A stretch of 63,584 bases of DNA, the filler included, from Hausera hauseri (taxonomy: Eukaryota), in NCBI GenBank assembly GCA_046269625.1. It is 11 parts of 11 records of this genome, joined end to end, with 100 filler letters (N's around TTAATTAATTAA, not from the genome) between each part and the next. Parts side by side here need not be neighbours in the genome. Positions count along the whole stretch, not along the records: positions 1 to 5,107 come from JBJURY010333605.1; positions 5,208 to 11,286 come from JBJURY010144425.1; positions 11,387 to 16,167 come from JBJURY010438027.1; 8 more parts are not named here. One strand, 5' to 3'. A program made the translations under genes and the position numbers. Under the pieces are notes generated by a model. The model had not been told where the DNA came from. It saw nothing but the letters and a program-made list of their open reading frames with translations, and made no database searches. Positions 1 to 11,919 of this stretch are shown one piece after another. Each line of letters starts with the position of its first letter. The stretch's first letter is position 1.

Positions 1-302
1 AAAGAAGACTGTTTTCATAATTTTTAACAATTTCATCGTCGGTACGACTATATAGAACAATAACATAAACAAGTATTAAAGTGTTTTGCATATCCCTAAA
101 TTGAATAGAAGTACTGATATTGACGATATTAATGTCGCAATATAGATAGAGAGAAATGCTACATCAAAAATATATACAAAACTGTGGTTAATCGAATCAG
201 TAAAGTAATAACAACATTAATCATATCAAACACATATCAAAGTCGTTCAGTTCTTGATTATTCTGTAAAAAAAACTGTTACGTTTGTAATCAACAGTTTG
301 AC

Positions 303-430
303 TTAAATATTTAAAGCTTTAAAATCCTTTTGTATGGAATGACCGACGGAAATAGTATTCGGCAGAATAATACGTGTCAAATCATTATGAACATCATCAG
401 TAGATTTCGTTACATTCTCAAGAGTTTCTT
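303..430 (-). pseudogene. Fragment of a REX1/REXO-type DEDDh RNA exonuclease
   Basis: Manual translation ETLENVTKSTDDVHNDLTRIILPNTISVGHSIQKDFKALNI resembles the REX1 exo II region (VGHSLENDLKAL); short and bounded by stops. Confidence 0.55.
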
Positions 431-563
431 TAAATTTCTTAGATTTACAAAGGTTCTTTCTATCAATTGCGATTGGACTTGATGGAGGTGATTAAGATTC
501 TAACCGTGACAATCTCTTTCCAGCATTAGATCGATTTGAACGCTTGACCGGAACCATTTTATT

Positions 564-781
564 CTAACTAAAATTGATCAACTGCAATAAATGCATGCCG
601 TCAAAAACGGACGCATCAACGTGAACAATTCTATTGTGACTGGAGTTCATCTGACGAATGTTCCGCATGAATTTCATGAGGCGAGAGATCGGGGCCCGCC
701 TATGGGCCCGACGCGGCGGTAATAGAAGCCCGGCCGTGCACGACAAATGGGCCAAAGGGCGCCGACCGCTGTGAGCACCAT
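564..781 (-). repeat. LTR of the resident Ty3/gypsy family (GC-rich TGTGGTGC type)
   Basis: Reverse complement of 681-780 (tggtgctcacagcggtcggcgccctttggcccattt...) aligns with the LTR that begins after the PPT at 45641; distal end approximate. Confidence 0.7.
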
Positions 782-843
782 ACGTGTGCGGCCAGGAAAT
801 CAGAACCAATTATTGGTGAATTTATGTTAGCGACAATGAACTT

Positions 844-2536
844 CTAAACAAACTTGTCCGGTACCTGATGGAAGGTAAAAGTTAGCTCTGTGGTGCCAAC
901 AATGCGCAAAGTCTGCCCACTGGCTGTGAAGAGTTGAGGCGAATAAAAATTGTTGGACGTTGTAGCGAAAGATAGCGATAAAAGGGAAAAGGCGGCCCCA
1001 GAGTCAACGAGAAAGTCTATATTTGATGAATTGTCAGAGAAGATTGCAGCTTTCAACAGAAGGACTGCAGAGATTGTATTAAGACGACCAGAAGAATGCA
1101 ATGTATTGCCTATACCAGAATGTGCCGTAGTGTCTTGCGGCGTTATTAGTCTTTTGAAGGATTTGGACAAAAAAGGGGGGTAAAAAGGAAGGGATTTGTT
1201 TTGGTAATATGTGCAACCAGGCACACATGATCTGGCCTGTGACTGGAACTTATTGTGGTAGATGCAAATAGGATTGTCCACAGCGTATTGTTCGCTGTAG
1301 AACCGGTAGCCCAAGAAACATTTCCCTGCATCCTTTCGAAACCTCGTAAGATAGAAGCAAGCTATGCGTCCGCCAAGTGAAATCAATCGCGTAGAATGTT
1401 TTAAATTGCTTCGTTCCCTTGAAGGTCTGGCTTCACATCGCCGAGGCCCATTAAGATTGTTCAGTTGGGTGGTAATGGCCGAAATTGACTGCTGTGGTGT
1501 GTCAAATTGTTGTCGCATCATTTGCAATTGTTGAGTGAAGAATGTTGTGTCTATAGCTGGTGCATGTGTGATTGCAGCCGCAGTTGGGAGCGAGTTATTT
1601 GTATGGAGGATTTCAACGGACTTATCAGACATTATGGCCAGTTTTTCAGTAGCAGCAAACTCGTCGACGACGGTAAGCAAAGCCCTAATTGAGGTGGGAA
1701 AAGACTACAAGAAACAACGCAAGTTAAATCCGCATTATTTGTAGGCGTTACGCCTAATGCGCTAAAATGCAAAATGGCCATTTGGAGAAAATCGGATGGC
1801 TTTTTGGTTTCTTATAGCACGGTCATTGAAGTATTTTTATATAATGTTGTCTACCGAAGGATCCGCGACATGGAGTACAGCCTCACAGTGTTTCGTAAGG
1901 TGTCGAGAATTGAAGCTGTTCGGAGATGTTGCTGATCTGCTGATGAACGTTAGCAGGCAGAATTAAAAGACTGTTGGCTCTCACAAAAGAATAAGTGATG
2001 TTGTTAGATTTTAACCACTGTTGGTAAAACTGGAGCCACAGTTTACTGGAATTGTTTTTGTCAAGAAAATTATCCACACAAGGCAGATTCAGCGAAGCTC
2101 GTGATTGTTGAGAGTTTGGTAAGCGATAGATATTGTATGTATTTGTAGATTTATCATCTGAGAAAGACGGATTTGGGTCCGATCCACCTAGAAGGTGGAA
2201 GTGAAGTGTAAGATGGATGATCAGATGTTCGTGACATGAGAACAGTAAAAGAGCGTCGGAAGGATGTATAGTAAGACCTCGATAGGTGAAGTAGAAATTA
2301 GAAGTATTAATTAAGCAGGATAAAGAGTTGTATAAGAGCTGTGTTGTGTCATTTAGTGGAGCTCTTATGGTTTTTAAATGCTGGTTATTGCTAAAAACTA
2401 AAACAAAATTGATGTGAAGTAATATGAGCAAAAGGTTGGTATGTACGCGGGGCTTGGTCGGTTTTCGTTTGAACAAGGGAGAGATTTGAGTGTACCGCCC
2501 GGGGTGTAGTGACAAAATGATTGCATTTATGGGCAC
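844..2536 (-). mobile_element. Degenerate Ty3/gypsy gag-protease with N-terminal ubiquitin-like domain; RT, RNase H and integrase are missing before the LTR
   Basis: Capsid-like KLWLQFYQQWLKSNNIT...PYETL, Cys/His motifs CFYLTRF and CIYHNKF, retropepsin FLVDSGAAFSLL; homologous to 30926-32408; frameshifts and stops around 1680-1883. Confidence 0.8.
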
Positions 2537-3229
2537 AAATCAGCAAGAAGAATCTCACCAACCTGTCTGACTGTATGATGGCAAAATGTCTGCCGGATTT
2601 TGCCAAATCTGACATGTTCTTTCGACTGGATTATCCTTATTGACGACGTCCGAGAATTCGCTGAGGTACAGAAACTCCCATGGAATGTATGTCAGGAGAA
2701 TAATCGACGTGGACAAGTCCAAAAAATAGGTTGTTTCGGCTTTACTGACGACAGCGGTGAGTGCGTCTGCTAGTCGGTCGGTCAGCTTACATTTAGATGT
2801 GTCGGGATTTGTACACAATCCAATATTGTGTTGTTTACTTCGCAGCTTTCTATCAAGAGAATTACATTATAAATTTTTGTCTTTTCAAATGATTTTCTAG
2901 TAGATCTGTATCTTTGCCCAGACTATGAAGTAAAACAAAATACTGAATGAACTCCGGATGTACGAGTAACTTTTAGACGTCTTTTACTTCTGTGCAGTAC
3001 AATGCAACACTTTCTTATAAAAATTTATTCGAATACTTTATAGAGTTGAGACTATAAATTTTAATATAAGCAATATTGTTTTTGAAAGGTCCAAGTTACA
3101 AGTTCAGTTGGGATCCAATGCTTACTGGCGCCTAATTTGATCGCAATAATATCCATAGATTTCGATATTCTGTAGGATTATAGTCAACAGTATTGGGGGT
3201 ACTTTCCAAATTTTGATTCCTTTCATGGG

Positions 3230-4915
3230 TTAAGTTATCGCAAGAACTAAATCTGCTGAAAATCCCAACCAACTGAATAATGTCTTCCACATCAGCGTCA
3301 ACAAGAGCATCCCGAGTTATATCAATGATACAACGGCTATTTTTGAAATGATAAAAATCGGTGTGTTAAAGTCATCAATGAGGCTGGTACTCTCCTTTTA
3401 AAATCAGGTTGACCGGGTTTAGTTCTTAGAATCGTTTTCATAAAATACCGCACGGCTCCCATATCCCTCACATCTACTAGACAGGGATAAAACATAAGTC
3501 TCTGCGTAACTCTCGCTTTGAAATTTTTCGGTTTCATATTCATCTCTATCCATTCAATCAGCTGCTCTGCCTGATACTGATTCAGTGAATGTTGATTGGA
3601 AGAATCAACAAAGTTAACATTCGAGTCATCTTCATTCAGTTCATCTTCGACTAAATGCATTTCCTTATTTTCGAATTTATGTAACTGCATAACAACCATT
3701 TTGTCGTAAGGCTTATAGAGAAACAGCATTTCAACATCATGTTTATTAATTGCCTCCATGTATTAACTAGTCTTGGCAATGTGTCTGTTTGGAGAAGAAA
3801 GGAAATATATTTGACGTGACCCGGGTTTCATTCGTTCCAGATATTCTTGCAGACTGGTATGTTTACCTGGAAACTTGTTGGATTCGAATTACTAGTTTTT
3901 CTTTTTCTGATTGATCACCGATGTTAAGAATGCCTTCCTTTAAATAATGCTTAGACTGATCAAGAAAATATTTCAATATTCTATTAGTCAGTACACGATT
4001 TATTTTGCTTATTAAAGCTCTATCTTGAAGCAATTCTCGGTTGAGATTCAAATGAATATCATGACTTTCTACGACACCTTTAAGAAATCTTAACCACCTT
4101 GGCAGAAGTTTTTGAATACGATTCACAATCATGACTTTTCGGCTATAAAGCGAAACACCTGCACCGTTCTCCCGACTTATTTCGAAGATAAAAGAGTGCT
4201 TTGATGTCAATTGGAGCGTCACTTTTGAACGTTATCGTAATCTGTGCAACATCTGAGGTATTCCCCGAAATATAGTGATAAAAATTATTATGCTCTGCTT
4301 CCTTGATTATTGCTGGATCTGTCAATCAAAGGGGTTTCATCATTTCAAGTTTCCAGCCTATAAGAAATATCGGATTTCGAACATAGCTGCTATATTTTGC
4401 AAAATCTTTTTCGATAATTCTTTCATCAGAAAATTCATGGCAATCGTTCTTTAAATGAAGAATAATTTTTGTGCCAGAATCAACATTATCTGCTTTGGAT
4501 ATTTTAAAGGCTCCGCTTGTACCTTCAGATTCCCAATGATATCCATGAGACGAATTGTGGACACGAGAATAAACTTCAACTTTATCGGACACCATAAAAC
4601 TGGAATAAAACCCAACTCCGAATATGCCAATAATCGATGTGTTTTCAGTGTTCTCACTTTTAACAAATTCTATAAACTGGACTTCTAGAATGGGTAATTG
4701 TTCCTAAATTAGTTATCATATATTCTTTATCCATTCCAACCCCGTATTTTGAATAATAAACTTTTTTCTACTTTCATCAGTTTTAACATGAAACTCTAAT
4801 GATGTTATTCCAGTAACATCTTGGAGCTGAAGACCATTAGAACACATATAAAATCATTTCTCCAATGCATCACTAGTGCTTGATATTAATTCACGAATAA
4901 ATATTTCTTTATCCC
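3230..4915 (-). pseudogene. TRAP1: Mitochondrial Hsp90 (TRAP1/Hsp75) pseudogene
   Basis: Collinear fragments DKEIFIRELISSTSDALEK, FGVGFYSSFMVSDKVEVYSR, GTKIILHLK, GVSLYSRKV, LLPRWLRFLKGVVESHDIHLNLNRELLQ, DMGAVRYF; several frameshifts and stops; no obvious introns. Confidence 0.9.
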
Positions 4916-5107
4916 ACTTCTGGCACTAATGTCGTTCAAAAGATAATGCCGACCTTGGGTAGAATATAAGGAGTCAAACTTGGATAATTTTATTTAAAGT
5001 TCAAAATCTAATCAACAAATCAATTGCCATTGTTAGTAGATCGCGTCTCTACCATCCCGACTTCTACATCACTTGATGATTGAAAAGTTGAATTATCCAT
5101 AAGATAT

Positions 5108-5207
5108 NNNNNNNNNNNNNNNNNNNNNNNNNNNNNNNNNNNNNNNNNNNNTTAATTAATTAANNNNNNNNNNNNNNNNNNNNNNNNNNNNNNNNNNNNN
5201 NNNNNNN
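5108..5207. other. Artificial contig spacer (N44-TTAATTAATTAA-N44); same spacer at 11287-11386, 16168-16267, 20927-21026, 25795-25894, 32411-32510, 39550-39649, 46010-46109, 51570-51669, 58474-58573
   Basis: Ten 100-bp N blocks, each carrying a six-frame stop linker; sequence content changes abruptly across each. Confidence 0.99.
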
Positions 5208-6276
5208 TTAGTCCATGCGGATCCGAGATTAATATAGTAGGTGTAGGGTGTTCCGATACATCTTCGGGTGTTCTTAAATTAGTCTTCGATTTGTCTACAT
5301 ATCGTTTTCCGGTAGTTTCATTAAACTTTAACTCCTTAATTTTGATAAAGTTACAACTTCTTCTAGAGGGAGGTTCCCATATTATAACCGAACTTTTAAA
5401 AGCACAGGTTTCGTCTTGTAAATGACATTTCTGATTCTCGGTATATAACTTCGTGACACTATGGAACATTACCTTCTGTGATCGCATTTCTGATTCGTAG
5501 AAATTCACAACTACTCCGTTTGATTCTAATCCTTTTCCGGTATCGTATGCTGCTACATTACAATGTCCGCTATGCATGTCTAGTCTTCCAGCTACTACTT
5601 TGTATGCTTTGATTATCTTTTCTGGTTGCATTTCTAATTGCATACTGTCCCATTGTACTATTCCATTCTCTTTAGCTTGTTTGCATTGTTGTCGTTCTAA
5701 ATTCATTAGAATTAGCGGAGTAGTTGGCTTGATTATGGCGGAGTTTCCGTGTACTAGTCCACAGTGAAAAATACTACGCGATCGTCTCAGCATGCACTCC
5801 ATTCCATCTAACGATATCAATTCTTGTTGCTGATACATGAAGTAATTTTTCTCTCTTGTTTCCAATTTGTGCGGTCTTGCGTCCTCGCATACTTCCAAGT
5901 CCATTAGGGAATATTTCTGTCCTAATTTAAACTTATCGCAATCATAGACGGTTACCGCGCTTTTGTGCTTTATTAGCATCATTAAGGTAAGCAAGCTAAT
6001 TAACCAATTTGATTCATCTTTCCGACCTTCAACGTCTGATGTTGCCAGGCTGCGTAATATATCGTCGAGTTCATTGTTGTTTCGTTTGACTTCTTCCTTG
6101 TCAAATAGTCTTGCCCAATTTACGTCGCAAGGCGCTTTTCTTGCTGCTCTCCGTGCTAAGCTTATAGCCCTATTGATTTCATCCTCTCGATTATGATTTA
6201 TTTTGATAGCTAAGTATAGTAATACTTTTCTCAATTCTTCATTTGTGTTTTCTACCATGATCTTTTCGATTACCAA
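5208..6276 (-). CDS. Env-like glycoprotein resembling chuvirus (Jingchuvirales) G; 3' truncated by contig end
   Basis: Hydrophobic stretch WLISLLTLMMLI followed by VTVYDC...YSLMDLEVC...MECMLRRSRSIFHCG...ERQQCKQAKENG...GHC...CHLQDETC...IIW...C, a Cys pattern matching chuviral glycoproteins (GYDC...SLLDVGEC...QCKI...YCGMHSH). Confidence 0.75.
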
Positions 6277-6424
6277 TTCATCAGTTAAATTACTTTCGAT
6301 AGTTTAAAACGCGAACTTCGCATCATTTTGGCTGCATCGAAAATTATCTTTTTTTATCATCTAACACATCCCCTCGAAAACTAGAATAATTCACAGTTTG
6401 TATTAAATTTTTCAATAACTCGCT

Positions 6425-9400
6425 TCATTTTTCGTTATCTGGGCTAAGAGTCGGAATCGACATTTGTCTCAATTCTTTAATTAATTCTCCGTTATAATCC
6501 ACTTCTTCTCGCACTTTTCTAGGTCTGCCTTCTGGGCGTTTCGGTCTTGAACCCTTAGTGGTTGTTTCACTCAGTGGTACTAAATTTATGTCGTATTGTT
6601 CTTTATTATCGTCAGTTTATAAATACTCAAAATATAGTGCAGCATCTCGGACTCCCATGATTTGTCCTACACATTGTTCTGTTTTGGCTTTATGTGTAGC
6701 TTCTTCTTTTATCTGTTCGTTAGCTATTACTACCACTATCCGATTTGTTTCGTCAGGGATAATCCCGACGTCTATTAGTTGTTCTAGGTCATCGAGTATT
6801 CTACCTCTAAAATAAAATATGTAGTTTACCTCGTTCGTTCCACCGTTGTTTATTAGCCATTCTTTTATATCCTTTACGTAGGAATGTGTATTTAATTCGC
6901 ATTCTTTTTCGTCCATCCATTCGGATGACAACATTACTTTCATCGCTACCTCAGATTTATTTCTTAAAATTTTAGCATATTTTCTTATCAAAAGCTTCGG
7001 CTCCGTGCTATAAATCGTATTCTCACTGGACAATTTAGTTAAAGTTGGAATAAGTTGTCTTAATTTATTTTTAGTAATATTTACGTTGATTAATTCAGTC
7101 AAATCCCTTTCAGTTAGCGCTGAATCTAGTACCATCTCCACATTGAATCTCCTGTCCTGCGGACATGTTTCTATTTTGTTTAGTTGTACTGGAGTCATAG
7201 GTTTTCCGGCAAGTATTTCGTCAAATTATGCATCCCATTCGGATTCGTTTCCGTCATCCGGGAGTCGGTAGTCCACTAAAGCCGTATTGGCTCTTTAAAT
7301 ATTTCCCCGAATTTCCTTCAGTCTAGGTTGTACTTCTTTCATTTGCGTAGTTCGGAAACCTACTCCATTTCCGCAGGCATATTGAATTATTTTCAATAGT
7401 TAACCGAATTTGTTAGAGTCGATCAGCCTTTTCTGGTGATAATCTGTCAATTCAAGAATCACATCCTTTTGCCATCTTTGTACAAATTCTCGTTTATTCT
7501 TAATCTCTGATTCGGTAAAAGCATATTTGTTCCGATAGATTTTCAGCTCTTTTGTTATTTCTTCTAACCTCGTCGCTCTTTGCTTTGTTTTAATGCATGT
7601 TTCTTCTACTTTCTGTATCTTGGGCATCAATTGCCTCATCTGCTCGTCACTGATTTCTGCCATTTCTACTAATAAATAGGCTAGTTCATGCATCTCGTTT
7701 ATAACCTTTGAATCAGGGTCCATTGCATCCGACAATTTCTTCACGAACTTTTGCTCCTGAAAGCTAAAATGTGGGTCGTTTCCTATTTCTATCAACTTGG
7801 TATGGAGATTCTGATCTGACCCGGCCATCCACTCTTGAGGTCTGTGTAGAAACCTTAGTGCATCCGTTAACGTATCTCGGTATCCTGGACAAATGTCCAA
7901 CGTTTCAATATCTTGAGCGGAAATTTCTTCAATTGGTTTCGCGATTAGGTATTGAATTCCTTCTAGTCGTACAATCCTTAACTTTGAGTTTACATCGTAA
8001 ATCATATTCCGTTTCTCTGTAAAGTTCGTTTCTTCGATCAATTTGTAGATTACCTCCATCGTCGATGCTTCTCGCTCTTTTTCCATAAATTTTAGTTGTC
8101 GTAGAGCTTCAAATTGAGTTCGGATATCTATCTCTATTCGCAGTGTGGCTAGATTATGTGCGCTATCTTCTAGTTGCTTTTTCACCGTTGGATCGCTTTG
8201 CGGAAATTCTATTTTACGGTCTTCTACCAATTTAGTTAGCCGCATTACTAACCCGGACCATTCCGACAGTTGATTTGTGATTGCTGGTTTCGCCATTATG
8301 GCTTTATCTAGCATCTTGTATGCATCCTCTAACTCATCGTCTGGCCCTTTTAAGAAATTCATAATTCGTCCAGTATAAATAAATTCGTCCTTGTATTCGT
8401 CCAACTCTACGATTCAAGCCTTTATTATATATTGAGTCTCTTCCTGGTTCGGGAACATGATCCGGTTCCTCAAGCTGTAAATTTGTACTCGTTTTTCATT
8501 TTCTATCTTTAATCGATTTTCTAAGTTTGTATATTGTTTGGGCGTAGCAAATGCGACTTTTATCATTCCCGTTAGGGAAGGAATATCCAACGGTTCTATA
8601 CCTAACACTTCCAGATCGATACTACTGCGATGGTTAACCGGTTTTTCCCTAATTTGTTTAGTTATTATGTATCGAATTTCGCCCATCATACGTTCTAAAT
8701 TGCGGACTACTCTCTTTAATTTGGGGTTTTCCTCCAAGGTTGCTAATAGCGTTTGAGCCTTGATAATTTTTGCACCTATATTTTCTTCAATTTTGCTCCA
8801 TCCTTCCGAAATTTCCAACCCACTCCACGATCCTAATTCGTGTTTCCATTTACATAATATTTCCGGGGACACTTCTTCAGGTTGCCTTACTTCGATTGCT
8901 TCAGCGAACTTCCCTTCGCTACTTAATTTCAAGCTTTTATATAACTTCTCGGCGTATTGCTGCGCTTTTCCCGATATGTCAACTTGTTCACTAATCTGCT
9001 TGAGCCTCTCTAAATTCCGCTGTAATGTTTCGGGCTCTAAACAATAGATTCTCATTTTCTTTAATTCGTCGGCGTTTTTCCATGAGCGTCGGATTTTCCA
9101 TTTTTTTGATTTGAAATCGTCCTTATTGGTTGTTTCTTCCTCACTAGTGGGAAGTGGGCAAATTTCATTAATTTCATTAATTGACTCTATCGGTTCCGCT
9201 ACTCCGACCGGTGTGCAGGGACCAACTTGTAGTGTATGCAGACTATGCTTCGTGTCGCCTTCTTCTACGACATTCGGTTTACTTGTTTCTTCAATTTTCT
9301 CTCTGGTTATCTTGGAGCGTGAAAGACTCTTACATTTGGTTTATAGTGAAGGACTACGGCCTCTATTTTTCGTAATTTTAAGTATTAATGGTTCCATAAA

Positions 9401-10887
9401 TTCTTTTTCCGCTGTGTCGTCCTCCGTGAACTTATCTTCCTTTTCGACTGTGAGCTCGGGTTCTGCGTTTACGGGCTCTGCGTCTAAATCGACTACCTTC
9501 GATGAGCCTGGTTCATCAGGCGGCTTGTTACTTGTCGGAATACTCTTCTTCCGTGTCATATCGCTTTGCTTTGGTGCTATCTCATGTTCGTATTCCGTCT
9601 CGGGTTCTACTAAACCCTGATATACCTCTAGCAATCTCAACTTATCTCCGTATTCTCTTCTAGCCATCAAAATTTGCAAGTTCGTAGTGTCTGGTTGAGC
9701 ATCCAAGAATTTTCTCAAATCCTGTATATCAGTAAAGGTAGCTGTATCTCCACGAACGCCATACTTTACTTCCAAGTTCTCATTAGTTCTAATCATACTA
9801 GTCTTATTTGGTTCGGTAAAGGAAACGCTACGCGGATTTGGACATGACCTTGAAATGTGTCCTTCTTTGCCACAAGTGAAACAAACCAAATTTCCGTTCC
9901 TGCCGACTCTCTGTCGACCGTCCTCGTTCACTGGTGACTTAGATCTATTAATGCTTTTATTAAACGAGTTTGACGGACTTTGCATATTATCGGCATTTCT
10001 TTTGTTGTCGTTACCTCGGTTATTACCGGTTTGATACGAGTATGTCGAACCTCTATAACTTCCTCTATTCCTATCCCAGTCCGAGTCTGTTCTGTTCGTA
10101 TTATTATTACCTCTACCATTCCTGTAACTGCTATTATTATTCCTATTCCCATAATTTCTATTAGCTGTAAATCGTCTGTCATCTCGTCTGTCATTCCTTC
10201 CATGGTTATCATTGCGATTTCTATCATTACGGTCATTTCGATCATTATTCCTTTCGTTTCTATCATTGTGTCTGGCGTATCTATCCAGCGCCATTTCTAA
10301 ATCTTGAGCTAGTCGTAACGTTTCTTCGAAGTTTTTGGGTCTAGCCAAAATCAATTGTTTAACTAAGTCTCACGACTAAATGCCATTTATCAGTTGCGTC
10401 GTCATCATGATATCTAAGTCTGGCGGTGAGGCCTTTTCTGCTACGTCACGTTCTGCATCTGTCTTAGCTTTAGCTACGTTAGCTATCCTTAACGTACTAA
10501 TGTAACTATTCGCAAGCTTCTTCAACGCAAATGCGAACTGGGTTACCGATTCACCTTTTTGCTGTACTCGGTTCTGAAATGCCATTAGCTTTTGCTGTGG
10601 CGTCACTGTCGGCAATAGTATACGATTTAGTGCCCCCACCAGGGAGGACCAAGATTTTTTTTCGTCATTAGTGAGTTCGCTATAGGCATCGGCGGCTAGA
10701 TTTTTCAAATACAACGACAACCGCTTAATCATTACTTCTGGAGTCAAACTAGCGCCTTCTGCGTGCAATTTATAAGTCCTCAGAAATTCGTTGAGCCCAT
10801 CTGGGTCTCCGTCGTATGCCGGCAAGTTAAGAGAGTCGAACGTGAAAATGTCCAGCTTTTGTGCTGCTGGGGATTGTCTGCTGCCAT
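6425..10887 (-). pseudogene. gag: Gag-containing polyprotein: Ty3/gypsy-type capsid, CCHC knuckle, long unknown helical region, ubiquitin-like domain; one frame broken by 8 stops
   Basis: LPAYDGDPDGLNEFL...RVQQKGESVTQFAFALKKLA (Retrotrans_gag-like) and CFTCGKEGHISRSC; ORFs 10376-10825, 9341-10354, 8414-9055, 7400-8404 and 6617-7198 share one frame; likely ATG at 10887 with a frameshift just after it. Confidence 0.8.
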
Positions 10888-11268
10888 ATTATTTACTTTA
10901 TTTATCTCTATATTTGCTTTATTCGGCTTAAGTTTTTCGTGTGGAGTTTTAAATTTATTCCCTTGTTTAACGTCGTCTAGTTTAGTCCTATTCTCGGAAT
11001 TTGATCGTTTATCTACCTTTTCTATTTCTCTATATATATTCCTACGTGTCTCGCGTATGAGAGAATTATCCTTTAATATATGGTTTAATCCTGATCTATC
11101 AATGATTGTTCTCAATTACGTTTACTTTACTTATCCCCGTCAGAATGATCTTATATCCCAATAATTTTAGTTTCCAATGTATATGTCTAATTACTTGGTG
11201 TGAATGGCTCTGTTCGCCGATATGTAATTATTCAACTCTGAAAAGTAAGTCTAGCGAGGTACAGACTG

Positions 11269-11285
11269 TCCTGCTAGGGTCGCCA
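11269..11285 (-). promoter_or_regulatory. Primer-binding site complementary to a tRNA 3' end (tRNA-Arg-like)
   Basis: Minus strand TGGCGACCCTAGCAGGA is the complement of ...TCCTGCTAGGGTCG-CCA; it sits at the contig edge where the 5' LTR should end, upstream of gag. Confidence 0.7.
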
Positions 11286-11919
11286 ANNNNNNNNNNNNNN
11301 NNNNNNNNNNNNNNNNNNNNNNNNNNNNNNTTAATTAATTAANNNNNNNNNNNNNNNNNNNNNNNNNNNNNNNNNNNNNNNNNNNNCCTTTGTTTATTTT
11401 TGTTTATTAACCTTACTTTTGCTGTTTTTGTATAACTTATTAAACTCTGTTTTCGTGTAACTTTGGGGGGTTTTTGCTTTTTTCAGCTGGCGGGGTATCA
11501 ATACCGATGTCCTGTGAGCCGGCCCTCTACATTAAGGGACCTCAGTACCTCTCTTTAGGCCTCTCCCGTGAGGGATGCCTCTTGGGCATGGTGAACGGGT
11601 CCTGTAGGGGAAAGGGGAAGGGACAGGAGTGGCGTGCCCCGCTAGTAATGGTTTCAAGGAACGTTTTCCATTTAAGCGGTCCCAGAGGTGAGCACCCTCG
11701 GTGGCGTTAGGCTGGGTGGAGGGGTTCCTCACCATCTCGAGAAATCCTCCCAGCTTCGGTTGGGACAGTGCTTGAGTGCACGTTATGGAGGGGTTCCCCC
11801 TCACCTAGTCTTGAATGTTCCGGTGTTTACACGTTTTCACGTTAGAAAAGTGTGGGACGGTGGGGAGCTGCGGAGGCCCCGCCGAACTAGAAGTAATCCG
11901 TGGTTTTCTTTTCTTAATT

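Noticed and set aside
5152-5163. TTAATTAATTAA palindrome and ORFs ending in ...XXXLIN
   Set aside because: Artificial six-frame stop linker; the ORFs are truncated, not terminated.
6617-10378. Alternative genetic code (TAA/TAG = Gln) explaining the in-frame stops
   Set aside because: TGA stops also interrupt the frame and most Gln residues use CAA/CAG; mutational decay is simpler.
11490-11605. Possible HDV-like ribozyme in the LINE 5' UTR (cctc-tcccgt-gagg loop; gggtatc/gatgcct pairing)
   Set aside because: P1.1 GG and an adjacent P2 could not be placed, and the catalytic C position reads T. An Infernal or RNArobo search would be needed.
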